DNA of 64,000 nt from a virus: IMG/VR virus record IMGVR_UViG_3300045988_180190; one strand, given 5' to 3'. The notes below the pieces were generated by a model. The model was not told where the DNA came from, ran no database searches, and was given only the letters and a program-made list of their open reading frames with translations. The translations under genes and the position numbers were made by a program. Within the stretch, counting starts at the first letter, position 1, and every line of letters starts with the position of its first letter. Below, one piece after another: positions 40,901 through 49,179 of this stretch.

Positions 40901-40978
40901 GATAGCAAAGCCCAGATCCTTTAAAATAAAGTAGGGGTCAACGCTATCAATAATGTTTTCAATAGTTTTTATTCTCAT
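37913..40978 (-). CDS. Large hypothetical protein (1021 aa), function not recognised
   Basis: Uninterrupted 3-kb ORF in very AT-rich DNA. I found no P-loop and no polymerase, primase or nuclease motif I can defend. Confidence 0.75.
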   Translation of the reverse strand: MRIKTIENIIDSVDPYFILKDLGFAISKDTVDQAANSSRTHQVPEEAEDSFILKDSTLEELPVESPGSMERYYSRINGSLLRILPFGYLNINALKQLEESSGISEEQLRSNLFIAGTSIDMLAHYMHGDYAKAFRIFFKYYGVQLKTKLLHEPAYIEKALHHILVKRRNVLNLVVASLFSTPADPSILVETQKWMRRGNIRSLKGIGFAMDSVHLFYMLKFISDNNILSYTPEVVSIEQGDLKIKNDNNSFASFINGKLFNDSKEWIVIPYFADYHIINSLKFINPKTNNCYQVYLNNYKNSFAGIYALSQHIDFNNTKIRVIENIYEAIVLHNYAKECLELEDQRYLAVDINLNEPNNLRSNLGTFRKLIFLNDHNSSLQTIKSLHDSLVLKDCSESDLYVCNYHAYKEDDYLYTFNAFVENKYKALITEASKTTSTGVSSELQYLMDIFDVNQLPFKRRLMDWAKSNNYIGALNKISTMSRDMVDFNNFIIWETSDGYILEPKDDPSNTQILSNFIIKVDQNIIFKDSEEIIHKGRLIMGGSQEYAIAFSKKDLLKKSAIEDLALKAYTRFTVTNLIEDDENIKLSLPTLFDGSDNPFYKNLLSVIRHNINKAPCKYGTLSLGWDKSNGVYTAMAWQATALKFNLKSQNIFAFLSYNNTDATNCMSKDLKLCFSSDIPVRMSYKKYSKFLNSGVRDVISYIISVLYRQYLGYETKPLLIHDSVNARNLVKFVFLALGQIAPFNIPNNDRFIRSKKLFDGLNDYPVYVRCKNLKLMLNNYSNNPYVVFVTQDNVTEENEKDIYSVNYGLSAQAYKQVTKFTLDTISRFFKWLFSVNIEEFALDDQIAENGTQLIYEGNLIFSYLWWDNVIVACKSEINPTSALRDLLMSMTLQQVNRHLSFDPTGDGGNGQYIFRKTMLPENVMSKVYTLTYCCKKHKLGHVRRNSSGEAERSTIYYALNRDFVEDVLQDVMTKDGYPIKPEELKIFVDAGVVLQMTSWNQPARTVDRELFEQSQQVVKK

Positions 40979-41007
40979 TTCTTTATTTATGTTTTGTTTA
41001 TGATCAT

Positions 41008-43545
41008 CTACACATCGTAAACATCATTCCATTCTTCTTCAGAAATATATGTCGGCGTTACATTGCCGTTGCTATCTTGTGAAAATACTAGGCGCATATA
41101 TTGTCCTGGTATTATTTTCTTGTCTGTGCCATACACATTAAATTGCAAAGACGTTAGTGGTGTCTGAGTTTTGATTTCATCGACAAAAACTTTTATTGAC
41201 TGGTCGTTGTCGCCAGCAACTGTGCCGCTTCCTTGCACTGTCGCGTCATTGGAATTGCCCGAAGCGTCCTTCACAAGCTTAGTAGTTGCATTGCGCGCGA
41301 TTGTGTAGTTTTCGAGCGCGAGCGAAACTTGCGAAGGCTTTAATGCGGGCGGGATAAGCCTGCCTGCCACATAGTCCGCAATGCTGTACGGCGAGCCTTC
41401 CGCGCTTACGTCAAAATTAAAAACGTACAAATTGCGCAACATCATCGGATGCGCCGAGGCAGGCTGTATCGAATAATTCTGATTGTAAGTATTTACAGCG
41501 TAATTAACAGTTCCGCTTAAAGAATCTAACGTTAATCCTTTGTAAGGACTTGTAGCTACTTTTGTTCCGTCAACGTATATATCAAAATTAACAGGCGTTG
41601 ATTCTAATTCTCTGCAAACTCCTATAATAGTATGCTCTTTGCCTAAAAATGTATCCTTGTCAAAAAGGTAAGATACTTCTGAATATGATATAGTTCCGTC
41701 TGTATTTTTGGAAATTCTTAACTGAATATTAGGGTTATTTATTACGTTGTTAAAACTTATTGAACCCCATAGTGCACCATTTCCGTTGTCTCCAAACTGA
41801 AATATTGTTTGAATTCCCTGGGTCGAGCCTTCCCACGAATCAACCCGCACAGTTGCGCAAATTGAAAACGGGAAATTGGGAATCGCAAAATTCGAACCAA
41901 AAAGTTTGGCGTTGTCAAAATACAAAGTGCCATACGGAAGCTTGGAAAGGTGTGAATCTAAAACTTTATTTTCTATTTCGTTAATAGCTCCTACAATAGT
42001 TTTGTCAGTAGTTTCAAGAGTATTATCCGTAATGTTTTGCTTTAGGATTAACTGATTATTAACTGCTGCAGCTGTGGGAAATTGGGCATCTGTAGCCGAA
42101 GTGGATAGGTCTTTTGTAACGCCGGTGCCGGCTAATCCACGACCTGTGTTTAGAGTTAGGAGCACGCCATCCCGGGCATTTCCAATGGTAACGTTATTAT
42201 TACTTCCACAATTTTTTGTACCGATATTTATATTTCGTGTATTTGAGCTACCTCCAATATTAATGGTTTGAATTCCATTACTAGTTTCGAATCCTAAGTT
42301 TAAAGTTGTTTGATAATCAGAACTTTTCAATATGGAAACCTGCGCATTATTACTGCTGGGCTCTGTAGAAGAGTCTGACTCACTATAATATTTTAATGTG
42401 TTTTGTTTATCTGCTGATAATTCATTGATAGCACCCACTACAGTTTTAGCAGTCGTGGCAAGTGTATCATCTGACTTGGTTTGATATCCACTAAGGTCTA
42501 CCGATCCACCAAGTGCGTCCCAAGCGCTTCCAGTCCACGCATAGTTTGTACCTGCGGGGTATGTTTGATATGCTTGCGCAACATTCCATGTGTCGCCTAC
42601 CGCAGCTTCTTCTGGGAGTTGATCATAGGTATCAACACTGCCTTTGTAAGTTAGTGCTGATCCTAAGTCAGTTTTTATTTGGTTAACCGCAACACGCACG
42701 GCGCTTGCAGTAGGTAATGCATTTTCCCCACCACTTTGCAAGTTTATGCTATCAACAATTGCAGTAACGTTAGGTGTAGAGTTATTTATTTTGAATCCAC
42801 CAGGAGCTGTAATATCGACGCGTCCCGTTGTTACAGTGAGTCCCTGGGTCACTGTGTCCTCGCGGAAAACACCAAGCTTCACTGCTGCTGAGGTACCCGA
42901 GGAATCACGCCCCATTTCTAAACCAGTAATACCGGCTTTGATGGATATATTGTTATTTGGCTGCTCTGCTGTCTCAATTGTTACAGTATTATCTCCTTCA
43001 GAATAATACTTAAGAGTATTTTGCTTTGCTGCTAAGCTGTCAGCAACAGCTTTTTCTGAAGCAACCTTGGTGTTAACCGCGCCTGCGCTTGGAATTGTTG
43101 TGGATATGTCAGTCTTTAATACTACGTCAGCAGTATTTGCTTTTGTAGCTAATTCGCCATCAATAGAAGTTTCTAAACCGGAAATAGCACTAACCAAGGT
43201 ATCTTCTACTAATTTAGATGTCGGAACATGCGTATCGTCATCTGTAAGTTTAATGGTGTCGATACCTTCTATAGTAACATCGTCTACAGTAATATCCGCT
43301 ACTGTAATGGTTCCTGTATTAAAGGTCTTAGCTCCGGTAATTGTTTGAACGCCATTGGTTGTTAAGAAACTACTGGTATCGACATTATTTATAGCTTCCC
43401 ATATTCCGGTACTATTATAGTATCTTAATACAGGAGTCGTTTCAGAAATATCTAACCATAAATATCTTAATTGTTCCAAAGATGTTGGAGCAGTGGGAGA
43501 AACAATTACAGGTCGTTTATCGTAAGTGATAATAGGAGTACTCAT
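41008..43545 (-). CDS. Tail fibre protein with a C-terminal concanavalin/LamG-like domain
   Basis: 845 aa. It shares long modules with the next gene (VLKTDISTTIPSAGAVNTKVASEKAVADSL; TYKGSVDTYDQLPEEAAVGDTWNV...YPAGTNYAWTGSAWDALGGSVDLSGYQTK...TAKTVVGAINEL). The D/AKTIVGAINEI motif is repeated. The C-terminal region FSICATVRVDSWEGSTQGIQTIFQFGDNGNGALWGSISF is LamG-like. Confidence 0.65.
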   Translation of the reverse strand: MSTPIITYDKRPVIVSPTAPTSLEQLRYLWLDISETTPVLRYYNSTGIWEAINNVDTSSFLTTNGVQTITGAKTFNTGTITVADITVDDVTIEGIDTIKLTDDDTHVPTSKLVEDTLVSAISGLETSIDGELATKANTADVVLKTDISTTIPSAGAVNTKVASEKAVADSLAAKQNTLKYYSEGDNTVTIETAEQPNNNISIKAGITGLEMGRDSSGTSAAVKLGVFREDTVTQGLTVTTGRVDITAPGGFKINNSTPNVTAIVDSINLQSGGENALPTASAVRVAVNQIKTDLGSALTYKGSVDTYDQLPEEAAVGDTWNVAQAYQTYPAGTNYAWTGSAWDALGGSVDLSGYQTKSDDTLATTAKTVVGAINELSADKQNTLKYYSESDSSTEPSSNNAQVSILKSSDYQTTLNLGFETSNGIQTINIGGSSNTRNINIGTKNCGSNNNVTIGNARDGVLLTLNTGRGLAGTGVTKDLSTSATDAQFPTAAAVNNQLILKQNITDNTLETTDKTIVGAINEIENKVLDSHLSKLPYGTLYFDNAKLFGSNFAIPNFPFSICATVRVDSWEGSTQGIQTIFQFGDNGNGALWGSISFNNVINNPNIQLRISKNTDGTISYSEVSYLFDKDTFLGKEHTIIGVCRELESTPVNFDIYVDGTKVATSPYKGLTLDSLSGTVNYAVNTYNQNYSIQPASAHPMMLRNLYVFNFDVSAEGSPYSIADYVAGRLIPPALKPSQVSLALENYTIARNATTKLVKDASGNSNDATVQGSGTVAGDNDQSIKVFVDEIKTQTPLTSLQFNVYGTDKKIIPGQYMRLVFSQDSNGNVTPTYISEEEWNDVYDV

Positions 43546-43598
43546 TTAGTTTTAATGGAATTTATTTTTAGCTTGTCATAGTCATAATCAGAATGCAA

Positions 43599-43629
43599 CA
43601 AAAAAACTCCGAGAGAAATCTCTCGGAGT
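43599..43629 (-). terminator. Rho-independent terminator
   Basis: On the minus strand, ACTCCGAGAG-ATTT-CTCTCGGAGT is followed by TTTTTTT. It lies between the two large tail fibre genes. Confidence 0.7.
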
Positions 43630-43653
43630 TGTAAGAAATAATATGATTTACGT

Positions 43654-45807
43654 TTAAAGCATTGAAACTGCAATATTAGCGCTGCTAACAGCAACACCTA
43701 AATCATAGTTTACAGTGTCACCGCTCATCGAAGTGATTGAAGCACCTGTTCCAAATATTACTTCGCGATACCAAACGTTATTAGTTGCATCATATTCAAA
43801 GACCGTACGGGACTTGGCGCCACCCTCTGACGCTATTGAGTCAAATACGACTTTATATCCAGCCAAGCTACTAACATTTGATGGTATGGTAATCGACCCT
43901 GTTTTACTCGTCGATTTAAAAGCAGTTTCACGATTTAATATGCCACCATTTGTGTTAATTGTATCTAACGTTGAGGTGGTTAGCTGTACGCTTATATTAG
44001 CATTAGCTACTGTTACAGCACTCGGAGGAGTACCAGCTTGTGTAGTAGCACCTAATTTTAGAGACCCACCACTAGCTGTACTTTCTTCATAATACGTAAG
44101 CGCATCTTGCTTTGCAGCTAAACCGTCATATACAGCTTTCGCTGATGGCAGTTGCTGATCGGTTGAAGAAGCGCTTAGCGTGGTCTGAATGGCAGAACCC
44201 GTTACTGATCCATTAACAGTTAACTGGTTAGCTACTGTAAACGTTTGTCCGGTAAACGTGGGGGCTGAAAACGATCCAGCTCCAACTTCGCCAGTAAAGT
44301 AAGTCTCTCCAGACGAAACTGAGCCTATATTCTGCGTCTTATTTTGCAATGCAGATATATCAGTATCAAGTTCAGTCAAAGCACCTTCAACAGTGTCAGC
44401 AGTTATACCATCTATAGAAATGCTGCTGTCTTGTTTTCCAGAATTGCTGGTATTGATTTCATTAATGGCACCTACAATTGTCTTGTCCGTGGTATCCAGA
44501 TTGTCATCATAGGTATTGGTTGTAACACCCGCAATGACAGCTGCACTTACATCACTGGCTGACTGATAACCTAAAACGCCTTTCCACGTAGCAGGTACGA
44601 TATTGGACGCATCAACTTTAGCAGCACCATCGGCAGTAGTTTTAACTGCGGTAAGAGCTGTATCTAAGGAAGTTAAAGCATCAGGGATTGTAGTTTCTGT
44701 CTCACCTTGAATGTTAACCGATATTGTAGCATCTTGCTTGCCTGCAAGTGAAGTTTGCAAGGTTCCAATTGCCGCAGTATTATCAGCAACGTCTTTTACG
44801 AGACCGGATTCTGCATTACCGACAGTGGTTTGCAGTGTCCCTATGTTTGTGGTGTTAGTTGCAACTTCACCGTCTAATTCGTTAATAGCGCCGACAACCG
44901 TTTTAGCGGCAGTAGTTAGCGAATTGTCATTTTTCGTTTGATAAGCGCTTAAATCAACCGAACCTCCAAGAGCATCCCATTTGGTTCCATCCCAAGCATA
45001 GTTTGTACCTGCGGGATAATTGCCATAAGCTGCCTCGACGTTATAAACGTCACCAACCTCTGCATCATCCGGAAGAGCATCATAAGTCGCAACGCTTCCT
45101 TTGTAGGTATAAACCCCTGAAATGCTGGACTTAACTTCGTTGATAGCAGTTACAACCGCATTGGTGCTGGGTATGCGTCCCGTATTTCCCGTTGAAGATG
45201 GAAGTGTTTCATCAATGACGGAACCGGTAATACCGTTAGTAGTATCTAAGGTGACTGTTGCAGCACCTGTGCCATTCCCAATCGTCAGCGTAGTAAGTCT
45301 GGCGCTGGAACCTGTTTCAATGAAGTTTCCTATAGCATCCGCAACAGCTTTTTCAGACGCAACCTTTGTATCAACTGCGCCTTCCTCCGGAATGACTGTG
45401 GAAATGTCAGTCTTTAAAACTACATTGTCTGCAGTTGGAATATTTTCCAGTTCAGACTGAATACTATCTATATCGCTTTCAATAGCATTAATGCGGGTGT
45501 CGGTTTGTGAAATGCGTACCCAGTTTGCACCAGAATTTGCAGTAGCATCTTTATTAGCATCATTAGCACCACTATTTTGCAGAACATATAAGCCATTGTT
45601 CTCTGGAGTGTCATTACCGACATATACCAGCATGCCATAGTAGCAGAACATTTTGCCCGCATTTGCTCCTGCAGCAGATGGGGCTTGCCAAGTGGAAGCT
45701 GTATATAGATCCGCCTTGGTGTCCACCAGCATCTTTGCATCTACTGGCGCTCCTGAGGTTAATTCGATGGGTGCACCCGTTACATTTGTACCTTTAACTC
45801 TCGACAT
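43654..45807 (-). CDS. Tail fibre protein, paralogous and mosaic with 41008..43545
   Basis: 717 aa, Ala/Thr/Gly/Ser-rich, with shared modules and three copies of the ..KT(V/I)VGAINE(L/I) motif. An SD (AAGAGGAA) precedes the ATG. Confidence 0.65.
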   Translation of the reverse strand: MSRVKGTNVTGAPIELTSGAPVDAKMLVDTKADLYTASTWQAPSAAGANAGKMFCYYGMLVYVGNDTPENNGLYVLQNSGANDANKDATANSGANWVRISQTDTRINAIESDIDSIQSELENIPTADNVVLKTDISTVIPEEGAVDTKVASEKAVADAIGNFIETGSSARLTTLTIGNGTGAATVTLDTTNGITGSVIDETLPSSTGNTGRIPSTNAVVTAINEVKSSISGVYTYKGSVATYDALPDDAEVGDVYNVEAAYGNYPAGTNYAWDGTKWDALGGSVDLSAYQTKNDNSLTTAAKTVVGAINELDGEVATNTTNIGTLQTTVGNAESGLVKDVADNTAAIGTLQTSLAGKQDATISVNIQGETETTIPDALTSLDTALTAVKTTADGAAKVDASNIVPATWKGVLGYQSASDVSAAVIAGVTTNTYDDNLDTTDKTIVGAINEINTSNSGKQDSSISIDGITADTVEGALTELDTDISALQNKTQNIGSVSSGETYFTGEVGAGSFSAPTFTGQTFTVANQLTVNGSVTGSAIQTTLSASSTDQQLPSAKAVYDGLAAKQDALTYYEESTASGGSLKLGATTQAGTPPSAVTVANANISVQLTTSTLDTINTNGGILNRETAFKSTSKTGSITIPSNVSSLAGYKVVFDSIASEGGAKSRTVFEYDATNNVWYREVIFGTGASITSMSGDTVNYDLGVAVSSANIAVSML

Positions 45808-45826
45808 ATAAAATTCCTCTTAACGA

Positions 45827-47122
45827 TTAATTAAATTGAACTCTTAATTGTGATACACCTTGCAGAGCTCCGTTAAACGTATATTTTTTATACGCAACTT
45901 GCGTAGCTGTGCTATTAACATCTTTATTAATGTCCGAAGTCGTCCACTGTAAAAGCGACTCGGCTTTACCGCCGCCCATATAGTTCCAATTGCTAGCGCC
46001 AACGTCTGCAACTTGGAAACCAGTGATAGCATTCCATGTAGCGGGCACTTCCACGCTCCATTTTTCTGTAGCGGTTTCACCAGCCATAGTGTAAGTTAGC
46101 GTGGAATTATTTGAAGCTAATGATTGCTTTGTCATTGTTGATATATCGCCGTTTTGCGTATTGGCATAAACCGGATATACGCCATTTATAGTGAGCGATT
46201 TAGCTCCAATGGAACCCGATGCTAACGGTGTTTGATAATTGTTACCCTTATTGGATTTCGGCTGAACACCGGCGTCATAAGACACATTCATCGTCCAACT
46301 TTGTGCACCGGCAAGCACCGTATAAGATTCTACAGTTTGCGTATCGGTAAGGTTAGTAGACGAAACCGCTTCCCCTGGCAACCCTGTGCCTGTATAAGTG
46401 TACGAGTTCGGCAGACCAGAACGATACTGCGAGTCAGACTGATATTGCGGGTTAATCGAACCGCGATTAAATTTTGCCGTAAAAGTTAAGGGCGCAATGG
46501 TGCTGCCAATTTCTTTTAATACATTATTTGATCCGGTGTTAAATGTAAAGCTAGACGATGGATTGGTAAGCGTTGGGAATAATTCTTTTACTAAAAGCAG
46601 TTCCCAAAGTTCTTGGTTGGTCATATCCGTTACGGACGTACCTGCGTTAATACCACCTACCGTAATCGATGCCGCTGCGCTTAGGGTAATCTTTTCCTGC
46701 GTGGAGACCCAAGCCGAACCACTGTAGTAATAGAGGATATTGGTATCTGTGGTGATGGCAATATTGCCTGCTTCTGCGTCTTCCGGAAGATTTTCTTCAG
46801 AAGCTACTAGCGTGATACTACCGCCTCCGCCTCCGCCTATTTCTATCCAGGATGATCCAGTATAAGCATAAAGGATGACATCGCCGCTGCTGTTAACGAC
46901 ACCTAAGCTACCGGTTGAAGCTGTGGTAGGAAGGGATTCAAACGAAGTAGCGTAAAATACATTAGCTACTATCGGTTGCATCGCCGATCCATTCCAGCGC
47001 GCTAAAACATTCGTAGCAGGGTCAAGGTATAATCTATCCGTTGTTTTTAGTGCTTCGGGCAAAGAAGCAAAAGAGTAGATAAACACCGGAGTTTTACTAA
47101 TTGATATAGAACCAGTTGCCAT
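45827..47122 (-). CDS. Tail fibre or virion structural protein
   Basis: 431 aa, Ser/Thr/Gly-rich, with a GGGGGGS linker. It lies within the fibre gene cluster. Confidence 0.5.
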   Translation of the reverse strand: MATGSISISKTPVFIYSFASLPEALKTTDRLYLDPATNVLARWNGSAMQPIVANVFYATSFESLPTTASTGSLGVVNSSGDVILYAYTGSSWIEIGGGGGGSITLVASEENLPEDAEAGNIAITTDTNILYYYSGSAWVSTQEKITLSAAASITVGGINAGTSVTDMTNQELWELLLVKELFPTLTNPSSSFTFNTGSNNVLKEIGSTIAPLTFTAKFNRGSINPQYQSDSQYRSGLPNSYTYTGTGLPGEAVSSTNLTDTQTVESYTVLAGAQSWTMNVSYDAGVQPKSNKGNNYQTPLASGSIGAKSLTINGVYPVYANTQNGDISTMTKQSLASNNSTLTYTMAGETATEKWSVEVPATWNAITGFQVADVGASNWNYMGGGKAESLLQWTTSDINKDVNSTATQVAYKKYTFNGALQGVSQLRVQFN

Positions 47123-47196
47123 AATGTTATAATGTTATTATATTGAAAAGTTTTTATTTTAAAGATACATATTTTCCGATAAAACAAAAGCAAAAA

Positions 47197-48018
47197 TTAT
47201 CCATTAGAGGCAAATTTCTGCAAATATGTTGTAGATAGCAACGTATAATTTCTATCATCCTCATTTACAACCTGCAATTGCACGGATTGATCGGAAGATA
47301 ATAAATTAAACGTAATATGCGTAGCTTCACCATAAGACAGTAATCTTTCGATAACTTTTTCGGATACAATATGGTTATCTCCTAATAAACCTATATTAAA
47401 TGTATATGAATATTTATTTAATATATTTATATTATCTGTAACCAATAATGTAACCGTAATATCCGTTAAAGTGCCTGCTTCAAAGAAAATTTCTGAGGAG
47501 TTGGACATTAAGGGTAACACGACTTCTCCATTTGCGGATACGTTTGTTTTGCCTTCAAAAATTGAAATTTTTGCCGATTGATTATCTAATAAAGCCTTTA
47601 GTTCATTAATTGCGCCGACAATTGTTTTAGCCTCAGTCTCCAAACTATCGTCAGTAATATTTTGCTTTAAATCTAAAGCTTCCTGCGTCGCCGTTGAAAT
47701 CGGTTTATCAATATCGGCAGTATTGTCTACATTAGATAAATCAATAAAGTTTTTATCTACAGTTACATCGCCTTTATGGTTGTCACCTTTATAATCAATT
47801 ATAGAAGTAACGACATCCGTGGTAGGAACTAAAGCAGCAATCTTTTCTATATAATCGCGAAAAGGCAAGTCCTCAGGCACATCTTGACCTTTGGAAATTA
47901 ACATTTTACGCATTAAATCTTTAGTCTGCATCAGGTATGCAAACTTTTCAGACACGCTTCCGCATTTTGTTACTAAAGACTTTGCTTTACAATTTGTTGG
48001 AGTTAAACATTCGGACAT
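47197..48018 (-). CDS. Short tail-fibre-like protein
   Basis: 273 aa. Contains ...TATQEALDLKQNITDDSLETEAKTIVGAINELKALLDNQ, the motif shared with the large fibres. Confidence 0.5.
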   Translation of the reverse strand: MSECLTPTNCKAKSLVTKCGSVSEKFAYLMQTKDLMRKMLISKGQDVPEDLPFRDYIEKIAALVPTTDVVTSIIDYKGDNHKGDVTVDKNFIDLSNVDNTADIDKPISTATQEALDLKQNITDDSLETEAKTIVGAINELKALLDNQSAKISIFEGKTNVSANGEVVLPLMSNSSEIFFEAGTLTDITVTLLVTDNINILNKYSYTFNIGLLGDNHIVSEKVIERLLSYGEATHITFNLLSSDQSVQLQVVNEDDRNYTLLSTTYLQKFASNG

Positions 48019-48722
48019 TAAGGATTGGTCTCCTGATCGTTAGGTTGCTCACCATTTATTTTATCCAATTCTTGGCTTACTTTACAATATCCTAAAGCCA
48101 TCAACTGTTTAGAAATATCTGTACTGCTACATCCACATGATTTATTTGATCCACAACCATTTCCCTTTGCTATAAGATTCCCACCTTGAAATGCTGTTGA
48201 TAGGTATTTATTATTTATACAATATCCTTGGATAGGATTGGATTTAACGGTTAGGGTAAATACACGAATTTGCTCATAACCATCCGTAGTATCGTCTTCT
48301 TCATTAGCATCTTCTATGACCTTCTTAAATACCCTTACAACATACGTACCTCTTGCCAACATTAATTGGTGGTGTTTTATTCTTAAATATAAATTTTCGT
48401 AGGCATCGTTATTGTCATCGGTTTCGTAGTAGATAATTACTTCTGTAGGATCTATGGAATCATCATCCATAGAAGCTGCCGCAGAAGTTTTATCTAGCAC
48501 CACACATTTATTTCGGGCATCCTCTTTAGAAATAAATACCTTAAATCTCAAAGCATCAAAATCAGTCGTCGCAGCGTCATATGGTCCATCAATAAATATA
48601 TTTAAATCCCCATTAGGGTCAGTATACTCTTTGTCATCGGAATTTTTTGTGGATTCTCCGTTTTCCGATGGATCCATAATTCCGGGCAAAGCGGTAACAT
48701 AGCAAATTTCTTTGTTGCTCAT
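48018..48722 (-). CDS. Virion-module hypothetical protein
   Basis: 234-aa ORF with a 1-nt overlap with the downstream gene. Acidic, with a Cys cluster near the C-terminus. Confidence 0.5.
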   Translation of the reverse strand: MSNKEICYVTALPGIMDPSENGESTKNSDDKEYTDPNGDLNIFIDGPYDAATTDFDALRFKVFISKEDARNKCVVLDKTSAAASMDDDSIDPTEVIIYYETDDNNDAYENLYLRIKHHQLMLARGTYVVRVFKKVIEDANEEDDTTDGYEQIRVFTLTVKSNPIQGYCINNKYLSTAFQGGNLIAKGNGCGSNKSCGCSSTDISKQLMALGYCKVSQELDKINGEQPNDQETNP

Positions 48723-48724
48723 AC

Positions 48725-49174
48725 TTATGAAATAGTTACTGTTTCGGAGGGTTGTACTTCATCCATTAATTTTAGATTATCTACAAGTAATTGTGCATCA
48801 GATTTAATTATTTGCCAACCTCTTTCTGCTAAATCCGGGGTTTCAAAAAATAATTCTATCTGATTTGTGCGGTAAAATGGGGATATTAACCCTTGAATGT
48901 CAGCCTCATTCATTTGGTCAATAGTTTCAATTGTAGGTAAATCTGTAATATCTTGAACCGAAGCAATACGGTTAAACATATCTCCCTGATTAGGGTCTAG
49001 TCCGGTACCTGTAAGCTGCATTACAAAAATGTACCCTCCATCTAGCAATCCTGTGCCAGAGGCATTTACTTTTACTGGAAATCCGCTGATATTAGCTAAC
49101 CAAGATAAATCTGTCTTGTTTGTGTCAAATTTAGTTAAAGTTATGCTTGTGTTATCTGAACTTGCACTGCTCAT
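48725..49174 (-). CDS. Virion-module hypothetical protein (start moved to an internal ATG)
   Basis: The ATG at 49174 (MSSASSDNT...) lies just after the upstream stop. The track start at 49216 would overlap by 37 nt. Confidence 0.5.
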   Translation of the reverse strand: MSSASSDNTSITLTKFDTNKTDLSWLANISGFPVKVNASGTGLLDGGYIFVMQLTGTGLDPNQGDMFNRIASVQDITDLPTIETIDQMNEADIQGLISPFYRTNQIELFFETPDLAERGWQIIKSDAQLLVDNLKLMDEVQPSETVTIS

Positions 49175-49179
49175 AATGA

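Noticed and set aside
45468-46080. Same-strand ORFs nested in tail fibre genes (45468..45740, 45844..46080)
   Set aside because: These are alternative frames of GC-richer fibre genes with Cys/Met/Trp-rich nonsense-like products and no independent start signals.
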